A stretch of 64,000 nucleotides of DNA, taken from Minisyncoccota bacterium. Its GTDB lineage: Bacteria > Verrucomicrobiota > Verrucomicrobiia > Limisphaerales > UBA8199. Within the stretch, counting starts at the first letter, position 1, and the number at the start of each line of letters is the position of its first letter. The stretch is from contig DAOTCE010000016.1 in assembly GCA_035452965.1 (NCBI GenBank), forward strand, positions 3,630 to 67,629, written 5' to 3'. Below, piece by piece: positions 36,255 to 44,991 of the stretch. The position numbers and the translations under genes were made by a program. Under the pieces are notes generated by a model that worked only from the letters and a program-made list of their open reading frames with translations, was not told where the DNA came from and searched no databases.

Positions 36255-36838
36255 AATGTGACGAGTCCCAATCATTGCAAGTCCCCTACCTGGACTCGGA
36301 GCTGGACGCCAGAACCACAATTGAAATCGAGCAGCATCTGAAGTCCTGCACAAAATGCGCGCGTCTCTTCGCCATGCAGGAAAGGCTGGACGCCCGGGTT
36401 AAGTCCTGCCTGAACCAGGGGCAGAGAACTGCAGCCCTGTGGGAGCAGATTGAGCGGTCGGTGGCAGCCGCAGCATCAGCGACGGTCCGGCGCCCCCCCT
36501 CGCCCCGCCCTGCCCTGATTGAGTTATGGCGTGCCTTCGTCACGACACTGGGGGACCAATTGCAGGCCGGCTGGCGGCGTTCACCCGGGGCCTGGGCTGG
36601 GCTGACCGCCGTCTGGGTGGTGATTCTCACCCTGAACTTCGCGGCGCGCGAATCCGAAACGCGACTGGCGGCTGGCAAGCAACTGCCGCACGCCACCGAA
36701 GTGCGCTTTGCCGTGAAACAGAAGCGACTCTTGCTGGCTGAATTGGCCTTTCTGCCCCAGCCAATACTGACCGGCAAGTCGAAAGCGCCGACAATTAGCC
36801 CGCGCAGCGAACGCCGCGCACAAACCCTGAACATATAG
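36251..36838 (+). CDS. anti-sigma factor (zf-HC2, single TM)
   Basis: ATGA overlap with the sigma gene. HLKSCTKCARLF zinc-finger motif and TM WAGLTAVWVVILTLNFAA. Confidence 0.75.
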   Translation: MKCDESQSLQVPYLDSELDARTTIEIEQHLKSCTKCARLFAMQERLDARVKSCLNQGQRTAALWEQIERSVAAAASATVRRPPSPRPALIELWRAFVTTLGDQLQAGWRRSPGAWAGLTAVWVVILTLNFAARESETRLAAGKQLPHATEVRFAVKQKRLLLAELAFLPQPILTGKSKAPTISPRSERRAQTLNI

Positions 36839-36845
36839 AACCACT

Positions 36846-38693
36846 ATGAACGACAAACTCAGAGACTTCTTCCACACCACCTGGACCGAACCTCGCCACT
36901 TCTTCTTTTGGCTGGCAATGCTGAGCATCGCCGGATTCGTCGCGGTCGCGGTCGGCGCAGCGCTAGCGGGTCCCTTTCTCTTGTTGGCCTTCGTCGCCCT
37001 GGGTTGCATCGTCTGCTTCGTGGTCAGCGTTCCGGCCTTCATTTTGGCCTGGATTCCCCCCTTCCGTCGGTTCTGCGCGTGGCTGTTGGCACGAAAGCTC
37101 TTGGTTCTGAGCAGCCTCATCACGCTGGTCGTCCTGTTATATGCGGTGGAGAACTGGCGCGGACGCCAGGCCTGGCGGAGTTTCAAGCAGGCACGTGAGG
37201 CCAAAGGCGAGCGATTTGACTTGGCCAGCTTTACGCCGCCTCCGGTGCCGGACAGTCAAAACTTCTTTGAAACACCGCTCTGGAGTGACCTGCGCTTCGT
37301 GCAGACAAACGGTAGGGTCGTCTGGAGCAACACTAATCGCCGCGACCGAGCCTTTTTTGACATTTACGGCCCGGGTAGCAACCGGCATCCCGATCTCGGC
37401 AACTGGGCGGTGTCCCAGCGCGTGAATCTGGTGGCGTGGCAGGGATATTACCGCGGCAACAGCAACAAAGTGGACGAAGCGGCCATGTTATCACGTGATG
37501 AGGCTTTCCGCAGGCGATACGGCTTGTTGCCGGACGGTGTGTTGCCGGAACCGGCTCCGGTTAGTGGGCCTCCAACCAATTACTTTCCCAGTGCCAAAGA
37601 GCCGCAGACTCCCGCAGCGGATGTCCTGCTGGCCTTGAGCCGGTTTGAGACAAACCGCCAGCTCCTGATCGCGTCCGCCGCCCGGCCGCAGGCCCGCTTC
37701 TGGGTCAACTACGAGGCCGGCTTCGGTATGCTGCTTCCCCACCTGGCACGGCTGAGGGGCACCGTCCAATACCTGTCTCTCCATGCAACCGCCGCATTGA
37801 AAGCCGGCGACCGGCAAACGGCATTGGAGGACCTTAGGCTGGCGTTTCGGCTAATGGCGGTGATCCGGGCCGAACCAAACTTGATTGCACAGCTCGTTCG
37901 CATGGCAATGCTACAATTCGCGTTGCAGCCAGTGTGGGAAGGCCTGGCTGACCGGCAGTGGACAGCAGCCGACCTGAGTGCCATCGAGAACGAACTGGCC
38001 AGCCTGGACCTTCTAGCCGATTACCAGTTTGCAATGCGCGGCGAGCGGGCGTGCGGCATCTGGGCGGCAGATTACATCCACCGAGTGGGAATTCAGGGGC
38101 TGGATGAAATGGGGATCAGCAACTACAACACGTCAGGGCCATCGGAATGGGAGCGGTCTCTCGGCCAGGCAGTGTTCCGGCTGATCCCGGCTGGTTGGTT
38201 TAATCAAAACAAAGTCTCCGTCTGCCGCCAATTTGAAACCTACCTGCTGCCGGCGGTGGATCGGGAGCGACGCATCGTCCCGCCCGGCCCGGTCCAAAAG
38301 GCGCAGGCCGCGCTGGAGGCGCAGCGTCCGCGGCCTTACGACGCGGTCTCGCGACTATTCCTGCCTGCCGTTGCAGGCTGCGCGCAACGATTCGCGCGCG
38401 GCCAAATTTCCAGCGACCTGGCCCGCGTCGCCTGCGCGCTGGAGCGCAGCCGCCTGGCAAATGGTTCGTTTCCTGAAGCCCTCGACGGCCTCGTGCCGAG
38501 GTTGATTGAGACGCTCCCCCACGACATTATTAACGGCGGGCCGCTGAAATACCGCCGCACCGACGACGGCCAGTTCGTCCTCTACTCGGTCGGTTGGAAT
38601 GAATCCGACGATGGCGGCGTCGTGGAACAAACGAAGAACGGCAACCCGGTCCTGGACAAAAACGACTGGGTCTGGCGCTACGCAGGCAAATAG
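36846..38693 (+). CDS. polytopic membrane protein with large extracytoplasmic domain and pseudopilin-like C-terminal motif
   Basis: Three N-terminal hydrophobic helices. The C-terminus GGPLKYRRTDDGQFVLYSVGWNESDDGG resembles the GspG-type tail. Starts 7 nt after the anti-sigma gene. Confidence 0.55.
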   Translation: MNDKLRDFFHTTWTEPRHFFFWLAMLSIAGFVAVAVGAALAGPFLLLAFVALGCIVCFVVSVPAFILAWIPPFRRFCAWLLARKLLVLSSLITLVVLLYAVENWRGRQAWRSFKQAREAKGERFDLASFTPPPVPDSQNFFETPLWSDLRFVQTNGRVVWSNTNRRDRAFFDIYGPGSNRHPDLGNWAVSQRVNLVAWQGYYRGNSNKVDEAAMLSRDEAFRRRYGLLPDGVLPEPAPVSGPPTNYFPSAKEPQTPAADVLLALSRFETNRQLLIASAARPQARFWVNYEAGFGMLLPHLARLRGTVQYLSLHATAALKAGDRQTALEDLRLAFRLMAVIRAEPNLIAQLVRMAMLQFALQPVWEGLADRQWTAADLSAIENELASLDLLADYQFAMRGERACGIWAADYIHRVGIQGLDEMGISNYNTSGPSEWERSLGQAVFRLIPAGWFNQNKVSVCRQFETYLLPAVDRERRIVPPGPVQKAQAALEAQRPRPYDAVSRLFLPAVAGCAQRFARGQISSDLARVACALERSRLANGSFPEALDGLVPRLIETLPHDIINGGPLKYRRTDDGQFVLYSVGWNESDDGGVVEQTKNGNPVLDKNDWVWRYAGK

Positions 38694-38703
38694 AACGACA
38701 GTC

Positions 38704-41406
38704 TCAGAGACTTGCCTTCTCGCGCTCCAAGTGCTCGAGCGCCTTGAACGCCCGCTTCTCCAGCGAAGCGGGCAACTGCGGCCACACCGTGTTCGTCAGC
38801 CGGCGATAAATGCCCGCGGCTTGCGACCAGGCCTGCATGGCTTCGGCCAGGTTAAACGCCTCAATGCCGGCTTCCCTCGTCCAGAACTGGTCGGGCACTT
38901 CCTCGTCTTTCAGAATGTTGCCGTAAACCACATCCACGCAATTGCTGAGGGCCTGCTTGAGCAACATGACGCGCGCTTCACCGCCCTTTTGCTCAGCCCA
39001 CTTCCCCAGCACAATGGCCTGCCCAACCTTGGCCTGGCTGCGGGCAGGCACGTCGGCTTGGGGCGAATCAATTACCCGCTGGAATGCGTTGAGCGCATTG
39101 GTGAGGGAGTCGTATTGCTGTCGCGCCAGCGCCCATTGCATGTAGCAGTTGGCCCGTTCGGCCCAGGCACGAACCGCTAGCCGGTTGGTCGGGTAGTCAT
39201 CGCAAATGCGGCCGAAAGCGCGCGTGGCCTCTTCGCAATTCGCGAGCTTGTTGGTTTCCGACGGGTCCACCACGCGCATCAAGGCCTGGCCATGCTCGAA
39301 CAAGGCCTGCAGCCGCAGGTCCAGACTCGGGCCGTTGAGGTTGTTGTAAAGATTTGTGAAGTAGTACCTCGCATCACCCCAGCCCTGCCGGGCCACAGCG
39401 GCGCGCCCGGCCATCAGTTGCGCCTCATAGGTCAGCTCGGACGGCGGCCAATTCGTGTTCTGAAACAGCAGCTTATAATTCATCTCCGCCTCCGCCGGGG
39501 GGCCGGCGCGAAAATAGTAGTCCGCCACCCACCATTGCGCCAGCGGGGCGAACTCGCTGGTCGGGAACTGAGCAACGAGATTGGTGAAGCACGCCAAGGC
39601 ATTTGTCTCGCGCCCAGCTTGGAAGTTGGCCCAAGCGCGGTAATACTCCGCGCGCGGCCGGGCCGCGTGGTTTGTGAACCCGGCCAGCCAGCCGTCGTAT
39701 TGCGCGATGGCCTCCGCCCATTTCTTCTCCTGCTCGTAGGTAGCCGCCAATGCCAATTGCACCTCCGCCAGCAGCGGCGTGTGCGGCGCACTCTGGGCGA
39801 ACTCCAGCAGCATCCGGCGCGCTACCGCCGGGCCGCCCTGGCGGCTGACTTCCTGCCCCGCCAGCAGCACAGCGCGGGCGGTATCCGGGCTGTCCGGGTA
39901 CCAGACCCGAACTCTCTGGAGCGCGTTGGTGGCGGTAGCCAGGTCGTTCGCCGCCAATCCAGCGCGTACCGTTTGGCAGAGGGCGCGCTCAAAGAAGTTC
40001 GTCCTGGCCTCGGGCAGCGCGGCAAACTTCTCGATGATGGCCTGGTAGTTCTTGATCGCACCCGCGTAATCGGCCTGCCGGAACTGGGTGTCCGCCAGCC
40101 GGTAGTAGGCGGCCGCCAGGTCATTCGAAAACGGCAGGCACTCGACCGCAGCCTGGAAGGCGGCCTGGGCTTCCGGCAGCTTGCCCTCCTGCCAATAACA
40201 CCATCCCAAGTCCAGTTGCGCCTTGCCCCAGAGCGGGCTCTTCGGAAACTTCTTCACCAGCGTGCGGAACGAGGCCAGGGCCAGTTGGAGGCCGTTGGTT
40301 GAACCCGGCGCATTCGTCGTGGCGCCGGCGTTTAAGTGGCTGTCCCCGCCGGCATCGTGCAGGCGCAATCGCAGTTCACCCAGCGTGAGCAATGCCAGGT
40401 CAGCCGAGGCCGCCTCGGGATACTGCGCCAGGAATTTCTCCAGCATCTCTGTCGCTCCCGGGATGTTGTCGTGCGCCAGGTAAAGCCTGGTGATCTTCAG
40501 CAATGCCTGACGCTGGCGCTCGGCCGGGACGCCCTGGGCGAGGTTCCGCTGGTAGGCGACAATGGCTTCGTTGGTCCGGCCCAAGCCTTCAAACAGGCCG
40601 CCCTGAAATGCGGCGCTCTCGGCTTGCAGGTTGCTTTGCCCCGTGTCGGCAGCCATCGCCAGGAGATTCGTCGTGCCTTGCAGCGCCGCCTCGGGCCGCC
40701 CGTCCGCCTGTTGGATGCGGCAAAGCAGGTATTGCCACTGCCAGGCCAGTAACGGCTTGAGCAATCGCTTGGCCAGCGGTTGTATAATTGCCTCGGCGGA
40801 GCGGTAAGCCTTGGTCGCCAACTGCGCTTCGGCCAGCAACAACCAGCCCTGCGCTAACTGCTCGGCGTCCGCCTGGGCGCGCACCGCGGCCTGGAAGGTC
40901 CCGTTCGTCGCCTGCAACAGCTCGATCACCTTCGGCCATTCCGCGGGCTCCATGCGAGCCAGCGCCGCTCGCGCCGACGCCTCGCCGATGACGGCTTCCA
41001 GACGCCGGGCCGAGTTCGGGTACTCCTTGACTACCTTCGCAAAGTCAACCCCGGCTGTGCGCCATTCTCCATTGCGGGCGCGGGCCTCGGCGATCCAGAA
41101 GAGATACTGGTCGGCATTCGTTCCGGCGGCATTCTGGTGCGCCGAAAGCAGCTCGATCGCACCGGCGTAATTCGACAATTGGAGCCGGGCCTGCGCCTGG
41201 AGCAAGATCGCTTCCGCCAGGCGCGGCGAGGCCGGATGCTTCTGGCGGAAATCGGCCAGCTCCGCCTCCGCCCGATCATAAAACGTGTCGTGGAAAGCCT
41301 TTACCGCCGCGTCGAAAGCGCGGTCCGCCGGGGTCGCCGCCAGAAGCCGCGGCTCCGCGGCAAGCAGCACAATCAGAAGCAGAATCCACCGGCACAGGAC
41401 GGCCAT
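38704..41406 (-). CDS. secreted TPR-repeat protein (900 aa)
   Basis: Signal MAVLCRWILLLIVLLAAEPRLLAA followed by many A-x-x-Y/W-x-x-A-x-x-x-Y TPR-like repeats across the whole length. Confidence 0.75.
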   Translation of the reverse strand: MAVLCRWILLLIVLLAAEPRLLAATPADRAFDAAVKAFHDTFYDRAEAELADFRQKHPASPRLAEAILLQAQARLQLSNYAGAIELLSAHQNAAGTNADQYLFWIAEARARNGEWRTAGVDFAKVVKEYPNSARRLEAVIGEASARAALARMEPAEWPKVIELLQATNGTFQAAVRAQADAEQLAQGWLLLAEAQLATKAYRSAEAIIQPLAKRLLKPLLAWQWQYLLCRIQQADGRPEAALQGTTNLLAMAADTGQSNLQAESAAFQGGLFEGLGRTNEAIVAYQRNLAQGVPAERQRQALLKITRLYLAHDNIPGATEMLEKFLAQYPEAASADLALLTLGELRLRLHDAGGDSHLNAGATTNAPGSTNGLQLALASFRTLVKKFPKSPLWGKAQLDLGWCYWQEGKLPEAQAAFQAAVECLPFSNDLAAAYYRLADTQFRQADYAGAIKNYQAIIEKFAALPEARTNFFERALCQTVRAGLAANDLATATNALQRVRVWYPDSPDTARAVLLAGQEVSRQGGPAVARRMLLEFAQSAPHTPLLAEVQLALAATYEQEKKWAEAIAQYDGWLAGFTNHAARPRAEYYRAWANFQAGRETNALACFTNLVAQFPTSEFAPLAQWWVADYYFRAGPPAEAEMNYKLLFQNTNWPPSELTYEAQLMAGRAAVARQGWGDARYYFTNLYNNLNGPSLDLRLQALFEHGQALMRVVDPSETNKLANCEEATRAFGRICDDYPTNRLAVRAWAERANCYMQWALARQQYDSLTNALNAFQRVIDSPQADVPARSQAKVGQAIVLGKWAEQKGGEARVMLLKQALSNCVDVVYGNILKDEEVPDQFWTREAGIEAFNLAEAMQAWSQAAGIYRRLTNTVWPQLPASLEKRAFKALEHLEREKASL

Positions 41407-41507
41407 AGCATCCCAACTCTAAACCAGACCGCACAGCGACGGAAAGTGGTAAATGGGCCGCGATATCCAGCGGCACTGCGCGCCAGGTGAGGCCCCGTCG
41501 CGACATC

Positions 41508-42209
41508 TCACTTGTTGAACCGGAAATTCACCACGTCGTAGTCCTGCACGACATACGTCTTCAGCTCCAAGCGCTGCTTGCCCGCGCGTTTGGCCTGCGT
41601 CTCCCCGCCTGCGGCGGAGAAGTCCGCGAAGCTGATGACCTCCGCGCGGATGAACCCTTTCTGGATGTCCGAGTGAATTGTGCCCGCCGCTTCCCAGGCG
41701 GTCGTCCCCTTCCGGATCGGCCACGCGCGATTCTCCTTGCCGCCGACCGTCAGGAACGAGATATAGCCCGCTTCCGCAAACGCGCGCAGCAGCAGCGCTT
41801 CGGGGTTCTGCAAGTCCCCGGCCGCCGCAACAGTAATCGGCTTGGTGGTGTAGAAACTGTGCGCCGCCACCGCCTGCAGGTCCTCCGCGCTCACGCCCGC
41901 GTTAAACAGGAACCGCTCGCTTTCGAGCAACCCTTTAATCCGCTCCAGCGCCGCCCGCTCCGCCGGATGAGGGTCACGGCCCAGGCGTGTCTCCACAAAT
42001 TCGAGGTCCTTTAGGATCAGATCCGCCTTTGCGTCGCCGCTGGTGAGGATGGCGTCGGCATCCAGCAATTGGTCGTCGCCGATCACGTCGGCCTGCGCGT
42101 GTGTCTTCTTGTCGGCTTCGACCAGCGTGTGGGCCTCGTCGAGCCGGGGGTCTTTGAGGTTATGCTTGCCGAGCTTGATCTCCGCAATGCCAAACAGGGC
42201 GATCTTCAT
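41508..42209 (-). CDS. YchF-related protein lacking the P-loop G-domain (DUF933/TGS-like C-terminus retained)
   Basis: The C-terminus GGKENRAWPIRKGTTAWEAAGTIHSDIQKGFIRAEVISFADF ... DYDVVNFRFNK aligns with E. coli YchF (AGVKEVRAWTI...[22 protein letters not shown]...DGDVMNFLFNV). The N-terminus is MKIALFGIAEIKLGKHNLKDPRLDE rather than GxxxxGKS. Confidence 0.7.
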   Translation of the reverse strand: MKIALFGIAEIKLGKHNLKDPRLDEAHTLVEADKKTHAQADVIGDDQLLDADAILTSGDAKADLILKDLEFVETRLGRDPHPAERAALERIKGLLESERFLFNAGVSAEDLQAVAAHSFYTTKPITVAAAGDLQNPEALLLRAFAEAGYISFLTVGGKENRAWPIRKGTTAWEAAGTIHSDIQKGFIRAEVISFADFSAAGGETQAKRAGKQRLELKTYVVQDYDVVNFRFNK

Positions 42210-42314
42210 AAGAACCTTTGATCGGGCGTCATAAGAGGCCGGAGCTTAAAGAAGTCCGCCCAATTCGCAAACAGGTTTTCGGGCTTCAACCAGCGGGGGG
42301 CATCCTGCCTGCGG

Positions 42315-44864
42315 CTACGACTGCGGCCTGTAGCGCACGAGCAAGCTGGTGCCGCGTTTCATCATGCGCAGCTCGACATTGTTCATGAGCTGCCGGCCGG
42401 TGAGCGTGCGCGTCTGGTTCGCGCGGCCTTCCTCAAAGATATCGAGGTGATAGGATACCTCTGGATTCACGCCCCTCAGGCCGGTCTGGAGCACGGGGTA
42501 AGGGCACTCATCGCGGCGGAAGGCTTGCACAATACCCGCGTTAAGGTCGCTGCGATGAAGTTGCCAGGCAAGCAGCGCGGTCGGACCGAGCGCGCATGGA
42601 GTGAGCGGGTAGAAATCGCCATACCAGAATTCCTGATTCAGTTTGACCTCGGCGAGCGCGGTGCGGGCGGCCTTGATGGAGAACGTCTCGTCCAGGACGG
42701 GGAACTGGCAGATGACCCCGGCGGTCGCCGAGCTGCGCAGGTCGTAAGCGTCGGTGGTCCAGGCGCACGCGCCAAACAAGGGCACGTAAAGGCTCAGGCC
42801 GTAAACATGGGTTTGGTTCCAGTCGGCGTGGCCGGGGGAACAGCCGGTGTCGCTGTGCCAGAGCGGCACAGAGCGGCGGCAGGTTTCGAGGTCAATCCTC
42901 CGCCCGCCGCTGGCGCAATTGTCAATAAACAGCCCGGGGTGCTTGGCCAGCAACTCGTCCCAAAGCGCGTACAGGCCTTCCACGTAACGGATTTCCGTCA
43001 GGCCCAGGCGGTTGGTGGCGTCGGCCTGGCGCCAGAAGCTGAGCGGGTCAATGTTGAAATCATTGCGGTAAGCGTCCATGCCGAACTCAGTGATGCGCCG
43101 TGACAGCAAGTCCGCAAGCCAGCGGCGGGCGGCGGGATCACCGAGCTTGAACAGACCGCCCTTGTCGCCGCCAAACACGAATTCAGGGTGGTCGCGGGCG
43201 ATTTGGCTCCTGGGCGCGACGCGCTCAGGCTCAAACCAGACCATGAATTTGAGGCCCAACTGGTGGCAGGCTTCACTCACGGGCTTCAGGCCATTGGGGA
43301 ACCGCTGGGACGGGTAGAACCAGTTGCCTACGCCGTTGGGGAAGCCGCCCTCGAACCACGCAGCATCGAGCCAGTGCATGTCGCAGCCGACGTTGTAAGC
43401 GGCCCGAGCGGCTTGAAGCTGGCCAGCTTCCGTCCCCCAATCAGGGCGCGTACTGGCGTACCGGTCGAAGCATTGGAGCGCGACCGGCATGGCCAGCGGC
43501 CGTCCGTTCAGCTTAGGGGTATACTCGAACAACATCAGGCGGCGGAAGCGATTGTGCGCTTCCAAACGGTCGCCCTGCCATGCCAGGATGAGGATGCGCG
43601 GGGTGCGAATCTTCTCACCGGGACGCAGCACGAGGGAGAGCCTCTCCAAGCCAATACGCAGGTTGGTTGGCCCGGCCGCCGCGCGGTCCAGGACGGCACG
43701 CCATTGACCCGACCAGCCTATGGCAGTGATCAGGCCTTCGTCGCCGTACTGAACATTAAAGAATGGAAACGCGCCGCTGGAGGAACGTCCGCCTTCCGGC
43801 GTCAGCACAACGCTCTGGCCGGGCTCAATCTCCGTCTCGATCGGCAGGAAAGAACGCTCGCCGCCGACATCGCCGTTCAACCGGTGCAATTTGACCGGCT
43901 TGCGGTGGTAGCCGGTAATCAGTTGGGTGTCGAAGGCATGAACCTGGTCGAGCAAGGGCGTGTCCTCCGTGCCCAGATTCTCGAACTCCAGCATCCACTC
44001 GACAGCCGGGTAGCGCTTGAAGACCATGGCGGTGGCGCTCACGCGCAGGCTGGTGTTGGGATCGGTCCAGCTTCGCTGGTGAATAATTCGGTTTGGGGTT
44101 TCTTTCGTTTCGATTGTGCGCTGCCAGCTATTCAGGACCGTGGTTGCGCCCGCCTTCCCATAACGGAACGAGAATGGCCGCGTCGAGCGGAGGAAAGGCT
44201 GGCTGCCCGCATCCGCCCAATGGACTACCCCATCGCCCGTGATGACACAGGCATCGGCCCAGTCAGCCTGGTCGTGGCTCGAGCCATCAGCGGTCGCTTC
44301 CACCTTGAGGACAAGTTGCCGTGTTCCAGGGGGCAGATTGATCTTGACCGGCACCGGGGCATTGGTGCCTCGAAGGACGGGTGTCCGGAAAACACTCCGG
44401 CCGTCTAACTCAACGTTGAACTGGACCGAGCCGCGCACTCCCTCGGTGTCAGGGTTGTTGTCTAACCCGACGAACGCCCTGAACTCTTTCGCGTCCGGCG
44501 GCAGGCGCAGAAGCAACTCGCTGTTGGCGTGAGTGCCCAGCCCGTGCTTGAACTTGCGCTTCCCAATCTGGATCGGCGTCTCGATGCACGACTGGCCGAA
44601 CCGCAAACTGCCGTGGTCCTGATGGCGAACCGTGACGCGCACTGCCGGCGCGCGCCCTGGCGGCAATCGCCCCGTGAAGACCTGGCTGACCCAATCCTGC
44701 ATTTCCTGGATTTCCACGGGATTGGCCATGAGAGCATCCGCCGGCGCATCTGCCGGAATGTCGGAGGCGCCGAGCCCCAACACGGCCTGCGCGGCAAGCA
44801 AGAGCACCAACAGCGAAGACGCGAGCGCGCGGCCGCTGTATGTGGGAATCGCGCACCTGAACAT
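42315..44864 (-). CDS. secreted alpha-galactosidase (GH36-like) with N-terminal NPCBM carbohydrate-binding module
   Basis: ORF 42315..45047 with ATG 44864 (MFRCAIPTYSGRALASSLLVLLLAAQA). NPCBM block KFKHGLGTHANSELLLRLP...AFVGLDNN. GH36-like blocks GLKFMVWFEPERV, DAYRNDFN and IDNCASGGRRIDLE. Confidence 0.75.
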   Translation of the reverse strand: MFRCAIPTYSGRALASSLLVLLLAAQAVLGLGASDIPADAPADALMANPVEIQEMQDWVSQVFTGRLPPGRAPAVRVTVRHQDHGSLRFGQSCIETPIQIGKRKFKHGLGTHANSELLLRLPPDAKEFRAFVGLDNNPDTEGVRGSVQFNVELDGRSVFRTPVLRGTNAPVPVKINLPPGTRQLVLKVEATADGSSHDQADWADACVITGDGVVHWADAGSQPFLRSTRPFSFRYGKAGATTVLNSWQRTIETKETPNRIIHQRSWTDPNTSLRVSATAMVFKRYPAVEWMLEFENLGTEDTPLLDQVHAFDTQLITGYHRKPVKLHRLNGDVGGERSFLPIETEIEPGQSVVLTPEGGRSSSGAFPFFNVQYGDEGLITAIGWSGQWRAVLDRAAAGPTNLRIGLERLSLVLRPGEKIRTPRILILAWQGDRLEAHNRFRRLMLFEYTPKLNGRPLAMPVALQCFDRYASTRPDWGTEAGQLQAARAAYNVGCDMHWLDAAWFEGGFPNGVGNWFYPSQRFPNGLKPVSEACHQLGLKFMVWFEPERVAPRSQIARDHPEFVFGGDKGGLFKLGDPAARRWLADLLSRRITEFGMDAYRNDFNIDPLSFWRQADATNRLGLTEIRYVEGLYALWDELLAKHPGLFIDNCASGGRRIDLETCRRSVPLWHSDTGCSPGHADWNQTHVYGLSLYVPLFGACAWTTDAYDLRSSATAGVICQFPVLDETFSIKAARTALAEVKLNQEFWYGDFYPLTPCALGPTALLAWQLHRSDLNAGIVQAFRRDECPYPVLQTGLRGVNPEVSYHLDIFEEGRANQTRTLTGRQLMNNVELRMMKRGTSLLVRYRPQS

Positions 44865-44991
44865 GCGACGAGAGTACCTGATCCCGGAGAGCAGAGCAAG
44901 CGCGGTGCGACCGGCGGCTGCGCTGTCCTCGGTCTTCTCCTGCCCTTGCACCACCTGCACCCCGCAGCGGCGGTCTCCCACCCTGTCGCAG

